Assembly: GCA_963724825.1 (NCBI GenBank)
Contig: CAVRWT010000005.1
Span: 84,403-148,402, forward strand
DNA: 64,000 nt
Direction of reading: 5' to 3'
From: an uncultured Acidobacteriota bacterium
Lineage (GTDB): Bacteria; Actinomycetota; Acidimicrobiia; Spongiisociales; ZC4RG35
Shown piece by piece: positions 1-7,671 of the stretch (position 1 is its first letter; each line of letters begins with the position of its first letter). Made by a program: the position numbers and the translations under genes. The notes beneath the pieces are model-generated. The model had not been told where the DNA came from. It did no database searches and worked only from the letters and a program-made list of their open reading frames with translations.

Positions 1-70
1 CGAGCGCCTGGATGCGGACCACTACAAACCACTCTTCACCGCATTCCGGCAGGCAATCGAGGACCGATAG
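1..70 (+). CDS. 3' end of an unidentified CDS (partial; start lies upstream of the window)
   Basis: Open frame from position 2 reads ...ERLDADHYKPLFTAFRQAIEDR, then TAG at 68-70. Too short to name. Confidence 0.3.
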   Translation, partial: ERLDADHYKPLFTAFRQAIEDR

Positions 71-73
71 CCC

Positions 74-610
74 TTGAGCCGGGTGGCCGCTTTGCTCCGG
101 GGAATCAACGTCGGTGGTCGCGCCCGGATCTCGATGACCGAGTTGAGATCCATGCTGACCGGCCTCGGGCTACAAGACGTTGAGACCTACCTGCAGAGCG
201 GCAACGTCGCCCTCGAAGCTGGTGACCGGGCGCTGACCGGGCTGGATCGCGAGATCGAATCCGCCATCGCCGATACCTTCGGGCTTCAGGTCCGGGTCAT
301 CCTCAGGGAGCGGGAGGACCTTGCGGGCGTCACCCGATCTCATCCGTTTCTCGACTCGGAGGCCGACCCTTCCCGGATCCACGTCGTGTTCCTCGCGTCG
401 GCACCGGACGCAGGCAGAGTCGGCGCCCTCGACCCCGACCGGTCCCCGCCTGACCAATTCGAGGTGATCGGGCGCGAGATCTACCTCCGATATCCCAACG
501 GCCAGGGCCGGAGCAAGCTGGGCCTTGACTACTTCGAGAGAGTGCTCGGGGTGGCCGGCACCGCCCGCAATTGGAACACGGTCACCAAGCTCCTCGAAAT
601 GCTGAGCTGA
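74..610 (+). CDS. DUF1697 domain-containing protein
   Basis: 178-aa ORF with TTG start. The N-terminal LLRGINVGG motif and the length are typical of the DUF1697 family. Confidence 0.8.
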   Translation: MSRVAALLRGINVGGRARISMTELRSMLTGLGLQDVETYLQSGNVALEAGDRALTGLDREIESAIADTFGLQVRVILREREDLAGVTRSHPFLDSEADPSRIHVVFLASAPDAGRVGALDPDRSPPDQFEVIGREIYLRYPNGQGRSKLGLDYFERVLGVAGTARNWNTVTKLLEMLS

Positions 611-619
611 GCCTTCCGA

Positions 620-1060
620 TCAGGCGAGAACGGCGTTGATCGTGATCTCGACGTTGCCCTTGAGGGCGTTGGACACCGGACAGCCGTCCTTGGCTGCGGC
701 CGCGGCCTCCTGGAACTCCTCGGCGCTGATACCGGGGACATTCCCGGTCACAGTGAGGGCCATGGTGGTGAGCCGCCAACCCGGTTCCATCTTCTCGAAG
801 GTGGCCTCGGCCGTGGTATCGAGGTGGACAGGTGGGAAGCCCCGACCAGACAGACCGTTGGCAAAGGCCATCGAGTAACAGGCCGCATGGGCTGCCGCGA
901 TCAGCTCCTCAGGGCTGGTCTTGCCGTTGGCGGCTTCGGTTCGACTCGGCCAACTGATCGGAAGATTGGTAGCCAGACCGGTGCCGAGGCTGGCGGTCCC
1001 GGATCCGGTGAATAGATCCCCTTCCCAGTTGGCACTGGCTCGGCTCTGCATTGATGGCAT
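620..1060 (-). CDS. OsmC family peroxiredoxin
   Basis: 146 aa. Has ANWEGDL...GSG at the N-terminus and two conserved Cys contexts (AAHAACYSMAF, KDGCPVSNAL), as in OsmC/Ohr proteins. Confidence 0.85.
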   Translation of the reverse strand: MPSMQSRASANWEGDLFTGSGTASLGTGLATNLPISWPSRTEAANGKTSPEELIAAAHAACYSMAFANGLSGRGFPPVHLDTTAEATFEKMEPGWRLTTMALTVTGNVPGISAEEFQEAAAAAKDGCPVSNALKGNVEITINAVLA

Positions 1061-1126
1061 TGATGCTCCTGACTATCGATGTCGAGCCAGCAGCCTACGT
1101 CGCCCCCAGACCTCGATCGAATCTGC

Positions 1127-1459
1127 TCAGACGCCGACTGACACGGGTGGGGCAAGGACCTGACGGATGTCGTCGAGACGCTCGCTGACCACCTGGTAGT
1201 GGACCCAGCGGCCTTCACGATGACCGGTCACCAGGCCGGCCTCACGCAGGATCCTGAGGTGATGGGAGACGGTTGGTTGGCTCAGCCCAAGCGGCGATTC
1301 GAGCTCGCATCCACAGGCCGTGCCTCCCGGCGCGGCTGCGAGCAGGGAGACGATTCGGAGCCGAACCGGGTCACCCAGGGCAGCTAGCGCCTTGGCCGTC
1401 TCTAGCGCATCAGCCTCATCGATGACCCCTTCGAAAACCGGGGTGCAACAGAATTCCAT
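1127..1459 (-). CDS. ArsR/SmtB family metalloregulatory transcription factor
   Basis: The C-terminal 110 aa of track ORF 1127..1975 carry the wHTH LSQPTVSHHLRILREAGLV, an alpha3 ACGCEL Cys pair and an N-terminal MEFCC. ATG at 1457-1459; an alternative ATG is at 1477. The longer track ORF is an out-of-context extension. Confidence 0.85.
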   Translation of the reverse strand: MEFCCTPVFEGVIDEADALETAKALAALGDPVRLRIVSLLAAAPGGTACGCELESPLGLSQPTVSHHLRILREAGLVTGHREGRWVHYQVVSERLDDIRQVLAPPVSVGV

Positions 1460-1467
1460 GCCCACAT

Positions 1468-1483
1468 ATTGACACATATCAAT
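1468..1483. promoter_or_regulatory. Putative ArsR operator overlapping a TTGACA -35-like hexamer
   Basis: Imperfect palindrome ATTGA-N6-TCAAT (ATTGACACATATCAAT) containing TTGACA at 1469-1474. It is followed by 13-nt direct repeats ATCAAT(C/A)CATCGA at 1478-1490 and 1496-1508. Lies in the divergent intergenic region. Confidence 0.35.
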
Positions 1484-1534
1484 CCATCGACCAAGATCAA
1501 TACATCGAAGGTCATCGATACGAAAGGAGTCAAC

Positions 1535-1591
1535 ATGATCCCTGTCGATGACGGATCCGGATGCTGTGGCGGCGGAAGCCACTGCTGCTGA
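1535..1591 (+). CDS. Hypothetical 18-aa Cys/His-rich peptide (MIPVDDGSGCCGGGSHCC)
   Basis: AAGGAG at 1524-1529, 5-nt spacer, ATG 1535, TGA 1589-1591. Divergent from the ArsR-family gene. Below the ORF-track length cutoff. Confidence 0.45.
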   Translation: MIPVDDGSGCCGGGSHCC

Positions 1592-1616
1592 GGGATGAAT
1601 CGGGCCGGGCGCTGCT

Positions 1617-2393
1617 CTAACCGAGCAGCGCCTCGGCCGCCTGACCCTCGGCGCAGTCAGACAGGATCGGGCAGAACCGGCACCAGGGCCCACCGGTGCG
1701 CTCCGGTTCGACACCGGAAGACCAGGCACGACGCATGTCGTTGACCAGCCCGGCGACCTCCCCCGCCACTCGATTGACATCCCCGGAAGAGGGAACAGTC
1801 CGATATCGCTCCCCGGTCCTGACCGACACCGCCTCGACGTAGGCGGGGACATCGCCCTTCTCCAGCGCCCAAAGCAGCGCATAGAACAAGAGCTGATCCT
1901 CGGGCTCCCCCAGTTCGCCTGTCTTCCAATCGACCAGGCGATGCCCACCCAGGTCTTCCCGATACACCGCATCAACAGATCCGATCAGCTCGACTCCCTC
2001 AACCGGCTCACTGACAATCGACACCTCCGACCCTTCGAATCCTTCGCTCGGAAGGCGGATGAACCGCTCGTAGAGGCCGCGGACCTCCTCGATCATCGAA
2101 GCAAGGATCGACGGCTTCACCTCGAGTCCCGCCAGCTTGTTGTTGAGGGTCGACCCCCCGATTTCTTCCTTGCACGCCTGGGCGAACTCCTCGGAGGAAA
2201 TCGGGCCGGCCGTCAGATGACGGCTGAATATCCGATGGGCGAGTGTCCCGAGGAATGCCGGCCTCGAGTCAGGCCCGTAGATGCCCTGGAGCCGGGCGTT
2301 GGCCTGTCCCGGGCACTTCTTGTAAGTGACGTAGACGGTCGCCGAAACCCGAATACGGTCGCCATCGATCACGGTTGGGAAGACCACCGACAC
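1617..2393 (-). CDS. PD-(D/E)XK nuclease family protein (Cas4/AddB-like Cys cluster)
   Basis: 258 aa. Has GSVDAVYRED...LVDWKTGE (a D...D/ExK-type core), one N-terminal Cys (KKCPGQ) and a C-terminal CRFCPILSDC, the Cas4/RecB-like Fe-S arrangement. Confidence 0.75.
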   Translation of the reverse strand: MSVVFPTVIDGDRIRVSATVYVTYKKCPGQANARLQGIYGPDSRPAFLGTLAHRIFSRHLTAGPISSEEFAQACKEEIGGSTLNNKLAGLEVKPSILASMIEEVRGLYERFIRLPSEGFEGSEVSIVSEPVEGVELIGSVDAVYREDLGGHRLVDWKTGELGEPEDQLLFYALLWALEKGDVPAYVEAVSVRTGERYRTVPSSGDVNRVAGEVAGLVNDMRRAWSSGVEPERTGGPWCRFCPILSDCAEGQAAEALLG

Positions 2394-2497
2394 TTGAGAC
2401 CGAGGCTACCCGGGGCCGGGGACAGGACTGCGACTACGGAACAGCCCCCGTTACCATCCGCCAACCATCACCAGGCCGTTTTGGGGCGGCCTTCTGA

Positions 2498-4414
2498 ATG
2501 AATCAACACGTTTCCACACGGCTCAACATCTGGGTCGCTCTCGCCCTTGGATTGGGAGCGACCGTGACTCTGCTCCTTGGTCTCTACGCCCTCACCCGGG
2601 TCATGTCGAGAGGCGAGGTGATGGGCCGCGTCGAAGTTGCGGGTACGCCTATCGGTGGCATGGACCCTGACCAGGCGCTGACTGCCATGGTCGCCGTCGA
2701 GGACGTCTACGTCCGCCGGCCCGCGATCTTCAACCTCGAAGGGGAAGTGGTCAGTGTCCTCCCCCCCGAAGCCGGGCTCGAGATCGACGAGGACACCATC
2801 GTGGCCGACGCCATGAAGGTGGGCCGCGAGGGGAATCAGATCTCACAATTCTTCTGGTGGCTCGGGCACATCTTCTCCACGGTCGAAGTGCCGGTGTCCG
2901 GATCTACCGATGACGCATCGGTGGACGCGATCTTTGACGGCTGGGACGCCGACGTGATCGCCACCCCGGCGAATCAGGGAGGGGTCGAATTGGTTGACGG
3001 TGAGCTGACGCCGGTCTACCCCGAAATCGGAAAGGGCGTCGACCGGCCGGCGGCATCGGTCATCCTGGAGTCGTCAATGCTGGCGGCACAGGCTGAAAAC
3101 CTGGCGATACCGGTGGTAACGGTCGTTCCGCTGCTGACAGAGGCGGATGTCGACGCCGCCCTGGCCGAGGCGCAACAGCTTCTGTCCGACTCGATCGAGT
3201 TGTCCCACGATGGGACGGAAGTGGTGTTCTCCACGGACGAGCTTGGCCAGGCATTTCGGTCGGAGACCGTGGTCGAAGGCACACCGCGAATCATCAACTC
3301 CTTCGACGCCGAGGTGATCGACGACCTGCTCGATCCGGTCCGCGAGGACTTCGAAGACGAGCCTGTCGATGCCGAGTTCGAGATCTCGGGTGACTCGATC
3401 AGCATCGTGCCCGGTGCGAAGGGGACGAAGATCGATCCCAGCGAGACGGCTCTTCGGCTCTATGAGGCCGGCCTGACCAGTCAGCGGACCGGCGAGTTGC
3501 CATTGGTGGAGGGAGCCGATCCCGATGTGACCACGGAGTACCTCGAGGGCCTCCACATCGAGCACCTGGTCTCGCAGTTCACCACCTACCACGACTGCTG
3601 CCAGCCAAGAGTCACCAACATCCACCAAATGGCCGACACCATCGACGGGACGATCGTGCTCTCCGGTAAGACCTTCTCCCTCAACGGCACGGTCGGGCAA
3701 CGAACCCTCGAGGGTGGCTACGTCGAGGCTCCCGGGATCCTCGGTGGTGTCTTGGAGGAGTCGATCGGCGGCGGGGTGAGCCAGCTGACGACGACGCTGT
3801 ACAACGCAGTTTTCTGGGGCGGATACCAGGACGTCGAGCACAAGCCCCATTCCTATTACTTCACTCGATATCCCGAAGGCATCGAGGCCACCCTCAGTTG
3901 GACGTTCCCCGACCTCAAGTTCCGGAACAACACCGACAATGCCGTTCTCATCGACACCAGGTACACCGACACCTCGATCACGGTGCGAATCTTCGGAAGC
4001 AACGACGGTCGGGTGCTCAAAGGGGAGCAGAGCGGGGGGACCACCAAGATCTGGACCGACGGCGAGGGCGGCCCGGACGCCCTCCATGTGCGGGGTGAGG
4101 TGTCAGAGCGCTACGCCCTGACCGACCCCCCACCGACGCGCTACGTGGCCAACCCCGATCTCGGCGTGAACGAACAGGATGAGACCCAGACCGAGGAGGG
4201 GGGATGGAGTGTGACCGTCACCCGTGAGATCACCCGCGGCGATGACGTGATCGACACCCAGGAATGGGTGGTTCGCTATGCCCCGAGGTTTGCCGTCATC
4301 GAGGTCCACCCATGCAAGGTCCCGGGGACCTCGGTGTCGTGTCCGACGACGACTACGACCACCACGACTCCCCCGACCACCACCACGGTTCCGGCGACGA
4401 CACCCTCCACCTGA
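2498..4414 (+). CDS. VanW family protein, membrane-anchored, with a Thr/Pro-rich C-terminal tail
   Basis: 638 aa with an N-terminal TM helix. VanW-like core (FTTYHDCCQPRVTNIHQMADTIDGTIVLSGKTFSLNG...GGGVSQLTTTLYNAVFWGGY). C-terminus is CPTTTTTTTTPPTTTTVPATTPST. Confidence 0.85.
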   Translation: MNQHVSTRLNIWVALALGLGATVTLLLGLYALTRVMSRGEVMGRVEVAGTPIGGMDPDQALTAMVAVEDVYVRRPAIFNLEGEVVSVLPPEAGLEIDEDTIVADAMKVGREGNQISQFFWWLGHIFSTVEVPVSGSTDDASVDAIFDGWDADVIATPANQGGVELVDGELTPVYPEIGKGVDRPAASVILESSMLAAQAENLAIPVVTVVPLLTEADVDAALAEAQQLLSDSIELSHDGTEVVFSTDELGQAFRSETVVEGTPRIINSFDAEVIDDLLDPVREDFEDEPVDAEFEISGDSISIVPGAKGTKIDPSETALRLYEAGLTSQRTGELPLVEGADPDVTTEYLEGLHIEHLVSQFTTYHDCCQPRVTNIHQMADTIDGTIVLSGKTFSLNGTVGQRTLEGGYVEAPGILGGVLEESIGGGVSQLTTTLYNAVFWGGYQDVEHKPHSYYFTRYPEGIEATLSWTFPDLKFRNNTDNAVLIDTRYTDTSITVRIFGSNDGRVLKGEQSGGTTKIWTDGEGGPDALHVRGEVSERYALTDPPPTRYVANPDLGVNEQDETQTEEGGWSVTVTREITRGDDVIDTQEWVVRYAPRFAVIEVHPCKVPGTSVSCPTTTTTTTTPPTTTTVPATTPST

Positions 4415-4421
4415 GGGGTGG

Positions 4422-4730
4422 TCAGCTCCCGTCCCCCTCAGGGTCGGGATAGTGCCGGAGGAACGAGGCGATCGCCTCCAGGGCGGGATCGACCGATGCG
4501 GCGTCCCACCCCGCGGGGCGGCGCACCGAGATCGTGTTCTGTTGCACGTACACGTGGTCGATGTCGAGCCCGAGGCCGAACAAGTCCTCTCCGAGCAATC
4601 CTGGCACCGCTTCGCCTGGCGAGTCGGGAGCCATCGCGTGCCCGTCCTGGCCGGTGAAGCTCCGATCGGTGCTCACCACGAGAACGTCGCCCATGATCAC
4701 GCTGTCTCTGATGACGACTGTCTGACCCAT
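4422..4730 (-). CDS. Hypothetical protein (possibly Nfu/NifU N-terminal-like)
   Basis: The last 102 aa of track ORF 4422..4955, starting at MGQTVVIRD (ATG 4728-4730), 17 nt downstream of the pyk stop. GC-rich third positions. The family assignment is tentative. Confidence 0.45.
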   Translation of the reverse strand: MGQTVVIRDSVIMGDVLVVSTDRSFTGQDGHAMAPDSPGEAVPGLLGEDLFGLGLDIDHVYVQQNTISVRRPAGWDAASVDPALEAIASFLRHYPDPEGDGS

Positions 4731-4747
4731 GGGGACCGAGATCGTAA

Positions 4748-6182
4748 TCAGGACCCGAAGCCGCCCGGATGGTCCCCGATGACCTGGACCTTGACCAGGT
4801 TGGTGGACGCCTGGATGTTGGGCGGCACTCCGGCCACCATGACGACGGTGTCGCCGGCCTTCGCCAGGCCCTCCTTCTCCAGGATCGACGAGGCGGCGGC
4901 CATCTCGTCGTCGGTGTAGTTCCGACGCTCGAACTCGTGTGGGGACACTCCCCACAACAGGGCCATGCGCCGCAGGGTCCCCTCATTCGGGCTGAAAGCC
5001 ACGATGCGACCCTCGGGGCGATACTTCGAGATGAGCCGCGCCGTGTTCCCCGATTCGGTGAAGGCGACGATGGCGCTGGCGCCAAGGTTGATCGCCATCT
5101 CAGTGGCTGCCTGCGCCACTGCGGAGGCGACAGTGTTCCCGTCACCGACGAATGGCACCGGGTGATCGCCCCGGTTGGAGAGGGTGTCCTCCTCGACGAC
5201 ACGGCAGATTTCCGCCATCGCGGCAACAGTTTGGGCCGGGTAGTCACCCACGGCGGTCTCCCCCGAGAGCATCACCGCGTCGGTGCCCGGCGATGACGGC
5301 GGTGGCGACATCGGTTACTTCGGCCCGGGTGGGCCGTGGGTTCTTGGTCATCGACTCCAACATCTCGGTGGCAGTTATGGAGATCCGCCCGGCGGCATTG
5401 GTGCGCTTCAAGATGTCCGCCTGGATCAGCGGGATCCTCTCCAGAGGCAGCTGGACTCCGAGGTCACCCCTGGCCACCATGATCCCGAACGAGGGCTCGA
5501 TGATGTCGTCGAGGTTCTCGTAGGCCTGCGCCAGCTCGATCTTGGCGATGACCGGGACGTCCCCGGCCAGTTCGGCCACTTTTCTCACGTCATCGCCGCT
5601 CCGAACGAAGGAGGCGGCCACGTAGTCGACGCCCAATTCGCGCCCGAAGGCAAGGTCCACCTCGTCCTTGGGTGTCACGCTCTCGGTGGATAGGGCACTA
5701 TCAGGAAAAGCGACCCCCTTGTGATCGGAGAGGTCGCCGCCGACCTGGACCTCGGCCACCAACCCGCTGTCGGAGAGCCCGATCACGTCGCAACGGATCA
5801 GCCCGTCGGCGAGAAGCACCCGATGACCGGGCAATACGTCGGTGAGGAGTTGGTCATACCCGACGGGGATCACTTCGCGGGTGCCCTCCCCGCCCTCCGG
5901 CACCAGGTGGACCTGATCGCCCTTCTTGAGGCGGATGGCGCCGGACGGAAATTCACCGACCCTCAGCTTCGGGCCCTGAACGTCCTGGAGGATGGCTACA
6001 GGGCGCCCCGCCCCGCGTGCGGCCTCTCTGACCCATCCCGCGAGCTTCCGATGGAACTCGTGATCTCCATGGGAGAAGTTGAAGCGGGCCACGTCGATCC
6101 CGGCGTCAACCAGGGCGCGGATGCTGGCCTCGTCGGCAACGGCCGGGCCCAGGGTGGCGATGATCTTGGTGTGCCGTTGCAT
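4748..6182 (-). pseudogene. pyk: Pyruvate kinase, interrupted by a 1-nt frameshift (or assembly error)
   Basis: N-terminal ORF 5244..6182 (MQRHTKIIATLGP...TRAEVTDVATAVIAG) and C-terminal ORF 4748..5311 (TDAVMLSGETAVGDYP...) are contiguous pyruvate kinase in two frames. The junction is at the CCC run 5286-5288. Confidence 0.9.
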
Positions 6183-6222
6183 TTCGAACGGAAATTAACC
6201 GATGCGGGGTCGCTCCCCTGGT

Positions 6223-7671
6223 CTAGGCCGAAAGCTGATCCCGGAGCAAGGCATCGACCAGTCGGGGATCGGCCTTGCCTCCGGTCGCCTTCATCACCTG
6301 TCCAACCAGAAAGCCGACCACCTTCTGATCACCGGATTGGTACCCCTCGACCGCCTTCGGGTTGGCTGTCAGCACTTCGGAAACGACGGCGCCCAGCGAT
6401 TCGCGATCGCTGATCTGGACCAGATCCCTCGCTCCCGCCACCTCCCCGGGTGAGCCTTCGCCGGCCAGAACCCCGTCCAGGACTTCTTTGGCGGCGGATG
6501 ACGAAAGCTCGCCCCTCCCGATCATGGCCACCAGTTCGGCCAGCGCCACCCCATCGAGGCGGAGGTCGGCCGGGGTCGCCTCATGGCGCCGCAGCCATCC
6601 GGTCACTTCACCGGTGACCCAGTTGGCGGCCGACTTGGGATCCGCACCGGCCGCGACGGCTTCTTCGTAGATCAGACGCAACGCAGGATCGACACCAGCC
6701 AGCACTCCGACGAGCGCATCGCCAAGGCCATCGGCCCCATATCGCTCTCGACGCTGGGCGGGCAATTCCGGCAGGGTCTGGCGTATCCGATCCACCCACT
6801 CCCGGTCGAGCACCATCGGCACCAGGTCGGGCTCGACGAAATAGCGATAGTCCGATGACCCTTCTTTGGTCCTCATCGAATGGGTGACGCCCGCTTCCTC
6901 GTCCCAGTGCCTGGTCTCCTGAACCACCAGGCCGCCAGACTCGACGACCTCGACTTGGCGGGCGATCTCATGGTCGACGGCACGCTCCAGGGATCGGAAC
7001 GAGTTCATGTTCTTCACCTCGACTTTGGTGCCGAGGTCGGCACTGCCCTCGGGACGGATCGAGACGTTGGCGTCGAATCGCATCGATCCCTCTTCGAGCC
7101 TGGCGTCGGATACTCCGAGTTCGAGGATGACGGACCGAAGCTCCTGGGCGTAGGCCCTCGCCTGCTCGGCGCCATAGATCTCCGGTCGGGAGACGATCTC
7201 CACCAACGGGACGCCGGAGCGGTTGAAATCGAGCAGGGTGGACTCTGCGGCGTGGATCCTCCCCCCGGCGCCGACATGGGTCGATTTGCCGGTGTCTTCT
7301 TCCATGTGGGCGCGCTCGATTCCCACCCTATGGCTCGCACCGTCGACATCGATGTCCAGGTAGCCGCCGACGCAGACCGGGATGTCGAACTGGGATATCT
7401 GATAGTTCTTGGGAAGATCGGCGTAGAAGTAGTTCTTCCGATGGAACACGGACCTCTCGGAGACCTCGCAGTTCAGGGCGAGGCCGATGGCCATGATCGA
7501 CTCGATGGCGGCACGATTGGTCACCGGCAGCGCTCCAGGGAGACCGAGGCAGGTGGGGCAGACATTGGTGTTCGGCTCGGCGCCGAAACCGACCTCGCAT
7601 CCGCAGAACATCTTGGAGTGGGTGAGAAGCTCGACGTGGACTTCGATCCCGATCACGGGCTCCCAGGTCAC
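6223..7671 (-). CDS. gatB: Asp-tRNA(Asn)/Glu-tRNA(Gln) amidotransferase subunit B
   Basis: 482 aa. N-terminus WEPVIGIEVHVEL...MFCGC...CPTCLGLPGALPV is characteristic of GatB. Confidence 0.97.
   Translation of the reverse strand: MTWEPVIGIEVHVELLTHSKMFCGCEVGFGAEPNTNVCPTCLGLPGALPVTNRAAIESIMAIGLALNCEVSERSVFHRKNYFYADLPKNYQISQFDIPVCVGGYLDIDVDGASHRVGIERAHMEEDTGKSTHVGAGGRIHAAESTLLDFNRSGVPLVEIVSRPEIYGAEQARAYAQELRSVILELGVSDARLEEGSMRFDANVSIRPEGSADLGTKVEVKNMNSFRSLERAVDHEIARQVEVVESGGLVVQETRHWDEEAGVTHSMRTKEGSSDYRYFVEPDLVPMVLDREWVDRIRQTLPELPAQRRERYGADGLGDALVGVLAGVDPALRLIYEEAVAAGADPKSAANWVTGEVTGWLRRHEATPADLRLDGVALAELVAMIGRGELSSSAAKEVLDGVLAGEGSPGEVAGARDLVQISDRESLGAVVSEVLTANPKAVEGYQSGDQKVVGFLVGQVMKATGGKADPRLVDALLRDQLSA

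Noticed and set aside
1460-1975. Upstream 170-aa extension of the ArsR ORF (track ORF 1127..1975).
   Set aside because: The extension is Arg/Ser/Pro-rich. It overlaps the nuclease gene in another frame and runs through the region holding the micro-ORF and operator-like repeats. The wHTH protein is complete from MEFCC (110 aa).
3074-4087. Long antisense or alternative-frame ORFs of 100-600 aa opposite real genes. Examples: 3074..4087(-), 20651..21781(+), 25338..26540(+), 29611..31452(+), 29279..30628(-), 54426..55364(-), 55424..56734(-), 61628..62818(-), 62852..63730(-).
   Set aside because: They are Arg/Pro/Gly/Ala-rich translations with no recognisable motifs. They lie opposite or offset to ORFs with unmistakable homology (VanW, the Pat-like gene, eno, mfd, EamA, metG, korA). 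Such shadow ORFs are expected in high-GC DNA.
5244-5311. Programmed ribosomal frameshifting as an explanation for the split genes.
   Set aside because: The junctions lack slippery heptamers and the stop-codon context with an upstream SD-like stimulator seen in known bacterial cases. They occur in many unrelated genes. Most are repaired by removing one base from a short G/C run.
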